Shown one piece after another: positions 54,743-64,000 of a stretch of DNA of 64,000 nt (positions are counted from its first letter, which is position 1; each line of letters begins with the position of its first letter). Source of the stretch: Octopus sinensis. Taxonomy: Eukaryota. The DNA lies in contig NC_043006.1 of NCBI RefSeq assembly GCF_006345805.1, forward strand, positions 9,238,001 to 9,302,000, given 5' to 3'. The notes under the pieces are model-generated. The model was given only the letters and a program-made list of their open reading frames with translations, did no database searches and was not told the origin of the DNA. A program made the position numbers and the translations under genes.

Positions 54743-55907
54743 GTTGAATTTGAACTAATAAATTGATAATTAGTAAATTAATTAATTCATTAATCATTGG
54801 ATGTATTACAGCTGATTCTGGGATATCCCAAGTTAAAGGTTAGCATCTCCATACATTGGGCATTCCGTCATCACAGACAAGGTGAGCAAGTAGGGAAGTT
54901 CTTAACAAGAATTTCACAGTTTATAAAGGAATAAAATAATAGATAGACGAATATTCCTTTGTCTGTCTTCTTCTATCTACCGCTTTGCTCTTTATTCGGC
55001 TATCTATTATTCTGTACCTTTCTAAGCTGTGAATTCCCTGTCTATATCTTTCCTACATGCTCACCGTGTCTCCGATGAGATGCTAATGGAATATATGGAG
55101 ATGCTAATCTACCACGTGAGATATTCCTGAAACACTTGTAAGACATCCAATAATTAGTTAATTGATTTCGAGCCGGGTCGTCTGCTGCTGGAGAGGACCG
55201 ACCAGGTAAAGGACCTGGGTATCTTGGTGGATTCTTCCTTTTCGCCTTCGGCTAGTGTGTCCATACTGCCAACAAAGCACGCGGAGTTATGTTTCGGAAT
55301 GCTCACAGCAGCCATATTCCTATCGCTCTATGTCACGCTGGTGAGACCCATATTGGAGTACGGGATTCAAGCCTCTTCTCCTTATCTCCTCAAAGACATA
55401 CGTCATCTCGAAAGAGTCCAGAAGCTGGCTACCCGCATGGTTCTTGGTCTTAAGCATTTGTCTTATGAAGAAAGGCTGAAGACGCTCGACCTTTATTCTC
55501 TAGAAAAACGACGACGCCGTGGTGATCTCATTCTCGCTCACAACATCATATGTGTAACCTGTCGAAAGAGCTGTTCTTCACTCCTGCTCCAGAGCGTCGG
55601 CTGCGGGGTCACCCCGAAAATCTCTATCTGCGACGATTTCATCTCAATCGAAGGAGAGGGGCTTTCTCCGTCCGGGTTGCGGATCCGTGAAATAAGCTGC
55701 CGGACGAGATAATGAAGATGCCGACGACCTCTCGGTTCAAAGTCTCTTTTGACCAGACATGGCCTGAACTCTTTGCATGAACACCCTCCCTGTACATAAC
55801 TCCATGTCCCCTTACATGGCCTTGCTTTTTGCTTTTTGAGCCAAAAAATTAACTGAACTTAACTTTACTAATTAATTAATTAACCAATTAATTACCTCAA
55901 ATTCACA
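54743..55907. mobile_element. Old palindromic (fold-back) MITE-like element, about 470 bp net, with a CR1 fragment inserted in its right arm
   Basis: GGTTAGCATCTCCAT/ATGGAGATGCTAATC and GGTGAGCAAGTAGG/CCTACATGCTCACC pair; the arm symmetry resumes after 55865. Confidence 0.6.
55166..55865 (+). mobile_element. CR1-clade LINE 3' fragment
   Basis: KDLGILVDS, LYVTLVRPILEYG, LERVQKLATRMV.GLKHLSYEERLKTLDLYSLEKRRRRGDLI; short AACT-type tail. Confidence 0.93.
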
Positions 55908-55989
55908 TTGTTCCAATTGAATATTCCAATACATACACACACACACAGATGCAAAAAACAATGTTCTCATTTCAGTTTCCTTAAACCAA

Positions 55990-56105
55990 ATTCTCTCAGG
56001 AAGGCTTTGTCGCTCCAGTGCTTAGGTAGGAGACTATTGTTCAAGCTGCTATGCACTGGAACTGAACCCAGAACCGTGCGACCGAGAAGCAAGCTTTTTA
56101 CCGCG
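55990..56105 (-). mobile_element. SINE family A head fragment, diverged
   Basis: GGAACTGAACCCAGAACCGTG...AAGCAAGCTTTTTACC. Confidence 0.6.
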
Positions 56106-57723
56106 CATTTAAGTATATAAATATTTATGAGTGTGTATGTGCGATGTTATGCATGAAATTGCGTTGTTTTATGTACTTATATACCAGAAGATAATCGATG
56201 CTATCAAAACAAAATGTGTCCGTTCAGGTACTTCCCATGAAAATATTTCTTTGATGGGCATTTTGTGGTTATGCCACCAGCTTTTGTGTACAGATTTTAT
56301 ATTCCGTCTGTAGAGCAGCCAAATCTATTGGGCAGAATGAAATTATCTGAGAATAGGCAATAGCGAATCTGATTGATAGGTATTGCAGTAACGAAATCCC
56401 TAAGCGAATTTCTTCAATTGTTAACTATCTGCTTTGTGAAATACGCCTTTAGAGATATTGAAGAAAATGTCCAGCTATTTGAAGTGCTGAAGTGATGTCG
56501 CTATCTCTCTTACGTTCCGTCTATATTTGTATTTTCATGTTGCGTGTGGGAAGATACTAATACAAGGCAAGAAGTAACAACATCCTGTAAAATTTGTGAT
56601 TCTTTCTAAAATGCTGATTTCTGCTGAAGTCAAACGAACAACTATTATATCTGAGATAGAATTTTATAATACTTATATTACAATGTATGATTATTACGTT
56701 ACATATATAAGTTTAGAGAGTTGTATTGGAACTAATGCTGTAGTGTAGAGCAAAATCATTTGTGATATTTCTTTATGGTATTAGATCAAATATCAATTAT
56801 TTCAAACTTTACTAATTATCCCTGCAGCGGTTCATAAAGTAATGCATCGGTCTGAAGTTATGTCAGTAGGTGATTATTTGATGTAAAATAAAAAGAACCT
56901 CATCTGAAAACTACGAGTGTGTGCTTAAATTTATGCGTAAATTGAAATAAGTTGAGTTCACATGTAACACAGATGACACTCAAGAGAAAATGATAACTAG
57001 AATGAAACTGGTGTGATATAGATGTCGACAATAGAGGAACATTGCCTGGAATACGTGAGATAAAACAAGTCGTTTCTTTTAAACTCTTCCTGTAGGAGCT
57101 ATGAAACCAGTGCTACTAAATATCTGGCAGGCATTAACAATTGTCCTACTTGCACATTAATCATATAATTTTCTTCAATAATACATTGAGTCAAATATGT
57201 CATTTAGTTCCATTCGTAAATTACTGTAGAATCTACGTCAAACAGTGAGAATGATGAATTTGGTTAATATTTCTCACATTTCTATTTCAACATCCGTGCT
57301 AATGGTCGTTTTCTCTCATTGTTCTCACTTGTCCATTGTTATAAAGTCAACCGCTTGGATAGACTATTACCTCCACATTAATTTCGGTAGACATTATTAA
57401 TGTTTCTGTCACCCGTTAAAGATTCCCTATTAAAACTCCTATGTAGATCTTTAAGTCTTATTAATAGTAACACTTTGATGGTATCCATTTCAGTGGTACA
57501 TTTCTTTGTAAAGAAATTGCCCGCAAAAATTTAGTGGTTAAAATCCTATTGACGCTAAGGGTTTAATAGCAAAAAATTATATGCTATTCATTCTAACGTA
57601 TATAATTTTTTGACTCACTATCATTTCGAAAACCTGATTAAATCAAATTAAAATTGTCTTAACTTCATTTGCGATATGTGGTCTCAATATCCTCTAATGG
57701 CATATGTTGCAAACAATTTATGT

Positions 57724-57766
<43 letters not shown>

Positions 57767-57859
57767 CTCACCTTCTGATCTCTTTCCTTCAACTTCTGCA
57801 ACACAAAGAAAACATTAGGTTTAGAAGGTTTAAAATTTCGTAAACGCCTTCTGAGTCAT

Positions 57860-58165
57860 TTTCTACTATAATAATACTCCTGTGTTTTTCTTCGTCACAG
57901 AATACAAATGAGAAAGGAAAGGGTGATAGATGAATAAGGAAGGAAGAAATAATAGCAATCTTGGTAGTGGGATGATGGAAATTCTACGGTGAAAAAAAAA
58001 CAAAACAATGATGCCTTCACCACGGAAAGAAAACCCAGGGTTGGCTTCAAAATTCCACCAGGACACTTGATGAAGCCTGGAGAGTAAATCGGCCGAAATG
58101 TTGTGGTAACAACAAACAAAAGGAAGACACATATCCGTCCAATGTAAATAATGTAAATAACCTAC
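57860..58165 (+). mobile_element. Penelope-like 3' tail with a degenerate hammerhead
   Basis: (T)TGATGA-A-GCC...GGC-CGAAA at 58067-58098, then an (AATGTAAAT)x2 end. Confidence 0.55.
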
Positions 58166-59006
58166 GTGAAAGTTTATGTGTGAACCAGCGTTCTTTCAGT
58201 AACAAACGACATCTCAAAATACAACCACTAGATAACATTGAGAAGTGTATTAATTTGACTTACCATCATCAGTCTATCTTGTATCCTCATTTATATATAA
58301 AATGCTAAAATTAGCCGTCATTTTAGACGGCACTGGGTCAGCTAGTCTTATATGAATCTGCTTGTCATTGCGTTACTTAGACCGTCGGTAACGCTTTCAC
58401 GTGATTAGAGAAATGAGGTAGAAAGAAAAGTTATAGAGAAAAGGAGGGTAGGAGAAAAGTGGTGGGGGGAGAAAGGAGGGAGAGAGAAGCGTTCATGACG
58501 TTAGGTTGGGGGAATGCAATTGTGAAACTTTCACGTGATAAGTTGAATTGAAAGAGTGTGGGAAGAAAAAGGAGAAATAATGCGAAGGATGAGACAGAAA
58601 CAGGCAGACGTCCATGGCTTGAGGCTGGAGGAAGGTAATATTTATTACGTGGTTGGAAAAGTTAGTTGAAGGTAGACGAGGAGTGGTAAAAATATAATTT
58701 TAGCAAAGGTGTGGTGTTCTGATGGTGAGGTTAAAGACAAGCAGAGAGAGGGGAGAGAGAGAGAGAGAGAGTGAGTGAGAAAAAGAGTGAGTGAGGAAAG
58801 GGGTGAGTGAGGACGGAGAGAACGGAGAGAGAAAGAGAGAGAGAGAGATGATGTTGGTTATGGTGGTGTTGGTAGTGGTGGTGATTAGATAGTGAAAAAT
58901 ATTTTTTTTAAAGTATTTTATATGACCAATCACTTAACGCATGCGCATAAGCACAATTCTGAGAAAAATTCACGCAATTAGCTAAAGGTTTTATCATATG
59001 TACGGG

Positions 59007-59137
<131 letters not shown>

Positions 59138-59199
59138 ATATATATATACTTTTTTGCTTTAGATTTTGTCGACTACAAATTATAGTAGGGTAAGTTGAG

Positions 59200-60166
59200 C
59201 ACCGTCTGTGATAACTGTACCCTGACGCAATTCACATTGCCAAACATTTGCAAACGACATGCTGTACTGCGTGGCATTCGCGCCAAGCAGAGGTTTCGGG
59301 AAATGCTGGATGAATCTAATGGTGATTATGAAGGTACAGTAGCTCAGAAAACTCACTCTGGAAAAAACTCATAAATGTATTGGTAAAGTCCAGGCCATGA
59401 CTGACAACAATCTCTCCAAATCAATCCAGACCATCGCCAGGGACATGGGAGTTTTCCATGATGCAAGTGCATGAAGGCTTTCGGTATTCCTCATAGAACG
59501 GCCAATTTGTATCCCAAGCAATCGAGGATAAGAGAGAAGGCTGCGCTGCGAAACTTTTGAACAAACTCAAGCAGCCCCTCCAACTGAGTATGATTTGTTT
59601 TTTCTCGTCTCAGAAACTTTTTTTGGCACGATCAGATGCTGAACACACAGAACAACCGTTGGCTTGCCGTGTCCCCAAAACATGTACCGAGGTGGATAAA
59701 AATTAAACATCCAGTGAACATCTGGGTGTTTGGAGTGATCATTAATGATCGCGACGTAATGCTTCCATTCGTCTTCTCATACGGTGTCAGGCTCAACACA
59801 GACACCTACATCAAGCGTTTAGAGGAGGTAGTGGTCTCCTGGGTCAAGGGGGTTGTTGTTGGAAGAATCTATGTCTGGTAACAGGATTCTGCGAACATGC
59901 AGCAAAGGCAGGAGAACTCAGTCGTGGCTACCAGATAATTTCTGTGACCACATCACCCCTATCCTCTGGCCATAAAAATTCCCACTCTGCAACTCACTTG
60001 ATTATTATGCATGCGTTGCAATTGTGCGAGAGATCAGTAAAATTCCTTGTGACACCAAAGATGAACAGAAGGTAGGAAGTATGGCTGCATTCACCGACTT
60101 CAACAACAAGACCGTCCAGAGGTATTGCAGGAGATTCCAAAGTGGTCTACATGTTGTCATTGAAGC
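59200..60166 (+). mobile_element. Tc1/mariner transposase relic, 3' end lost at a rearrangement
   Basis: NTQNNRWLAVSPK..PR..K.KHPVNI.VFGVI, YVW*QDSA, decayed WPPNSPD.NPLDYY. Confidence 0.88.
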
Positions 60167-60169
60167 TAG

Positions 60170-61108
60170 AAGGATTCCATCAAAAAGCGTGGCAGTATAT
60201 TAAAAAAACCTTTACGGCTGAAGTATAAACATCTTATAATTAAGGGCTGAAGAGGGTTATTCTAAAGCCAATACACTGATTTATCCACTTATAATCCACT
60301 TGTTACAGGAAAATTGAACTGAAAGCGGGCAACTAACCTTTCGAAAATTTAAATCTCGTTATCTCTATATTGAATCAATTTTGGAATTAATCCTATAAAG
60401 GATACATTCTTCGTCAGTAGAGATTACGAGGGAATATAAATAAAATACTCACATGCGATCATGGAAAAAGCAGAAGCTAAAAACACAACTACATTTAAGT
60501 ACATCATTTATATCTAAAAATAAAAATTCATTGGTCAGTCTCAGAACAACGTGTTGACCTTTCGCCGCTACATATTGTAATGATTACCGGTCCCCTTGTA
60601 ACAAGCAGTGAGTTTACTACTAACAATATAGGATGAAGTCGCTTTCTCTACAGAAAAGGATTCCATCAAAAAGCGTGGCAGTATATTAAAAAAACCTTTG
60701 CAGTTCAAGTATAAACATCTTATAATTAAGGGCTAAAGAGGGTTATTCTAAAGCCAATACACTTATTTATCCACTTATAATCCACTTGTTACAGGAATAT
60801 TGAACTGAAAGCGGGCAACTAAACTTTAGAAAATTTAAATTTCGTTATCTCTATATAGTTATGTTTTTAGCTTCTGCTTTTTCCATGACCGCTTGTGAGT
60901 ATTTTATTTATATTCCCTCGTAAGCTCTACTGACGAAGAATGTATCCTTTATAGGATTAATTCCGAAATTGATTCAATATAGAGATAACGAAATTTAAAT
61001 TTTCTAAAGTTTAGTTGCCCGCTTTCAGTTCAATATTCCTGTAACAAGTGGATTATAAGTGGATAAATCAGTGTATTGGCTTTAGAATAACCCTCTTTAG
61101 CCCTTAAT
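60170..61108. repeat. Complex direct plus inverted duplication (A-B ... A-B'-A')
   Basis: 60170-60370 is repeated at 60656-60856; 60856-61108 is the reverse complement of 60239-60491. Confidence 0.95.
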
Positions 61109-61112
61109 AATA

Positions 61113-61148
<36 letters not shown>

Positions 61149-61490
61149 GTTATATTTATTTCTACAGATATTCTATAGAACTTATAGTCAGCACTGATTT
61201 TTACTACGACGTTTCATATAGAGATTTCAGATGTAAACAAACAATTATCCAGTTTTATCTTCGATCGCATTGTTTGTTTACATCAGTGGTCGCTATAATT
61301 TGCTATAGAATATCTGTAGAAATAACCGTAACAAGATAATATAAGAAGCACTGCTGATACAGTAGAACATGGTGCTGATTTACACAAAGATAATTATAAA
61401 ACATTTAGTATATTTTATAGTAAACTGTGTTTGCATAAGGAGGTACCACGTATATACATATCACTAATATATATATATATACAGAAACTG

Positions 61491-61699
61491 TAGCACGCCG
61501 GGCGAAATGCGAAGCCGTATTTCGTCTGCCGTTACGTTCTGAGTTCAAATTCCGCCGAGGTTGACTTTGCCTTTCATCCTTTCGGGGTCGATAAATTAAG
61601 TACCAGTTACGCACTGGGGTCGATGGAATTGACTTAATCGCTTTGTCTATCCGTGTTTGTCCCCTCTGTGTTTAGCCCCGTGTGGGTAGTAAAGAAATA
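61491..61699 (+). mobile_element. SINE family B, 5'-truncated, with the alternative tail
   Basis: Core followed by TTTAGCCCCGTGTGGGTAGTAAAGAAATA. Confidence 0.9.
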
Positions 61700-61874
61700 T
61701 ATATATATACACACACACACACGAATACATACATATCTACCTACCGGAATACATACATACGTGCATACATACATAAATGCATACATGCATGCATAAATAC
61801 ATACATATATGTATGCATAGGAGAGGTGCCGATCAAAAACACACAGACATATATTATCTATATATTTATAAATA

Positions 61875-61940
61875 GGTGGAGGTATGTGGCTTAATGGTTA
61901 GAGTGTCAGCATCATGATCGTAAGATTGTGGTTTCGATTT
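61875..61940 (+). mobile_element. SINE family D head fragment
   Basis: TGGCTTAATGGTTAGAGTG...CATGATCGTAAGATTGTGGTTTCGATT, similar to 50280-50340. Confidence 0.75.
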
Positions 61941-62013
61941 AGTTCCTGAGTTTCACACACACGCGCACAATCACACACACGGGCAGAGACACGCGCACCA
62001 AACATATACGTAC

Positions 62014-62074
<61 letters not shown>

Positions 62075-62242
62075 CATTAACTGCAGTAAATTATTTGCTG
62101 TGGTTTTTGTTTCTGGAATTTTAGCGCGCCAGAACTAAGACATTTGAAATTAACACCAATGTAATCGGTGAAGCTAAGCACGTGTCTGTTTTTATACGGA
62201 ATACTGATGGTTAGCTTTACAAATTGCATTACCTGTGGAACG

Positions 62243-62320
62243 CCAACACTGACGAGCCTACGGACGATTGATTACATAAGTGATTCATTCGTTAATAGGC
62301 GAAACCGCCGGTCTTTGAGT
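62243..62320 (+). ncRNA. Type I hammerhead ribozyme motif with an intact catalytic core
   Basis: CUGACGA 62249-62255; stem II GCCUA/UAGGC (62256-60/62296-300); GAAA 62301-04; stem III ACC-gcc-GGU; GUC site at 62311-13; stem I weak. Confidence 0.65.
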
Positions 62321-62651
62321 AATTCTGATTTTTTATTTAATTTTCATCTGTCTTGCCCGCATTTTAGTTCTGGTGTCCGCTGAATTTTCCTCTAGAGAAC
62401 ATTATTTTCTTTGTAGTTTGATCGAAGGTGATCTACTTCTAGCATACGGCCGACCACATAGTGGCTTGCCCTCCAAATATACACATGTATTAGAATTTTC
62501 TCTGATTTTTCCAGATTGTTGCATGCTAGGCCACTGGTTTTAAATTGATATTAATTAAATTAATATTCAATTTATCTCCCTCATTATTTAAATATATATA
62601 TATATATACGTAAAACTTAATCTCCAGTGCTACTTTTTTATTTTTTATTCA

Positions 62652-62703
62652 TTTATGTAGCCGAAGAGACCTACAACGGGTCGAAACATGCGTCGTACTA
62701 AAT
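62652..62703 (+). ncRNA. Type I hammerhead motif with a U4>C core mutation
   Basis: CCGAAGA 62661-67; GACC/GGUC stem II; GAAAC-AUGC-GUC; bulged stem I of about 8 bp. Confidence 0.55.
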
Positions 62704-62989
62704 AAAATCTATTTTTTCTAAATATTTTATTACTGCTGCTACCTCATCCGCCACTATGGAGTTCCTGCTATCTACGGAAAATGTACTGGTGCTTTACTTA
62801 TTATACACTTATACATTTTGTATAAACTCTCCATTATATATATATATGTGTGTGTGTGTGTGTATACACACATATATATTTATGGTATACTCTGTGACGA
62901 ACGTGATAGTGTACAATATAAAGTTCATCCACATTGAGATTTACACTGTGTGTACATATATATATATGTATATATGTACATATGTATGT

Positions 62990-63165
62990 ATATACATATA
63001 TATATATTTATATATGTGTGTGTGTGGGGGGGTGCGTTTGTGTTTGTGTGTTTGTGTTTGTATCTGTGTTTGCCCCCCTCCCCATGAAGAAGTCCTGGAG
63101 TAAATTTGTTCGACTGAAGACGGTACTCCCGCATGGCCGCAATCAAATAACCGAAACAAATAAAA

Positions 63166-63209
<44 letters not shown>

Positions 63210-63345
63210 GACGGGTTTCTTTCAGTTTCTACCTACCAAATCCACTCAATGCTTTGTTCGGCCCCAAGCTATAGTAGAAGACATTTGCCCAAGTTGCCAT
63301 GCCGTGAAGCTGAACCCGTATCTGTGCGCATGTGAATCAATCTTC
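62990..63345. mobile_element. SINE family A pieces in opposite orientations joined at (TA)n
   Basis: 3' half on + ending CATGGCCGCAATCAAATAACCGAAACAAATAAAAG; 5' half on - starting CGACGGGTTTCTTTCAGTTTC at 63209. Confidence 0.75.
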
Positions 63346-63356
63346 TCTCCACATAC

Positions 63357-63434
63357 CCACGCCTGACCTATGACACAGCCACGCCTGACCTATGACACAG
63401 CCACGTCTGACCTATGACACAGCCACGCCTGCAC
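63357..63434. repeat. 22-bp minisatellite, 3.5 copies
   Basis: CCACGCCTGACCTATGACACAG at 63357, 63379 and 63401, partial at 63423. Confidence 0.95.
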
Positions 63435-64000
63435 TTATTCACAGCCATGAAGGCGCCTATATCTGTATGAATGCATGTATACACACAAAGACACACACAT
63501 ATGTATATGTATACACATATATAGAAGTATATATGTGGATTTAATTGTGTGTATATAGATAGAGGAGTAAAAGTGTATGTGTGTGTTTGTGTGTCTATAC
63601 AAGCATGCATGTATGTATATGAAGTGTAGATTCTTTACTTATAAAAAAAGGATGCTTGTACGTTGATCACAAATAACAGTACATAGAGTTGGTAATTATT
63701 GTGTTTATTTTTTTGGGTGTTTTTTTCATTGATTGTTAACATGTGACCTGCTATGGACATGTTATGGACATTTTAGTTCGAAAATGAATTTGAGTGTGTG
63801 GTAGTTTCATCTGAAATTGGCGCTACAAATTGACATGGAAATCGAGCAGTTCATTCAGCTGTTAATTCATCCCTCAATTTGGAATGAAATGTCCATGTTT
63901 CTTTTAAAGATAAATTCAGGAGATGCCCTAGTATGGCAAATATGTATGACAATTTGGGAGGATGAATGTACAACAGCGCACAAACACACATCGGATCCCT

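Noticed and set aside
55224-55712. 162-aa ORF as a host gene
   Set aside because: CR1 ORF2 C-terminus, frameshifted at both ends
63357-63434. CRISPR-like array
   Set aside because: Contiguous tandem repeats with no spacers, in a eukaryotic context with no cas genes

Overview
AT-rich, microsatellite-dense eukaryotic DNA. The SINE, mariner and LINE families look like those of octopus (coleoid cephalopod); this is inferred from family recognition, not from a search. No host protein-coding gene, rRNA, tRNA gene or CRISPR array can be supported. Most ORF-track entries are microsatellite translations or TE relics, so the window is probably intergenic or inside a large intron; three weak splice-signal-defined + strand exon candidates are noted. 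Recognisable TEs: several tRNA-derived SINE families (one forming head-to-tail multimers), two R4/Dong-like RLE LINE 3' fragments, a Tx1/L1-like 5' half (ORF1 + APE endonuclease), CR1 and RTE 3' fragments, two Penelope-like (RT/GIY-YIG) relics, a mariner relic, a Tigger-like MITE and non-autonomous Helitrons. Most notable: (1) a 2.4-kb TSD-bounded retroelement encoding only a gag-like ORF1 with no ORF2 (HAL1-like), inserted in a SINE head; (2) hammerhead ribozyme motifs, one with an intact core at 62249-62313; (3) recurrent fold-back (snap-back) inverted duplications of different ages, nearly all anchored on (TA)n or (AAT)n tracts. Boundaries were read by eye and are approximate unless a TSD or palindrome defines them.
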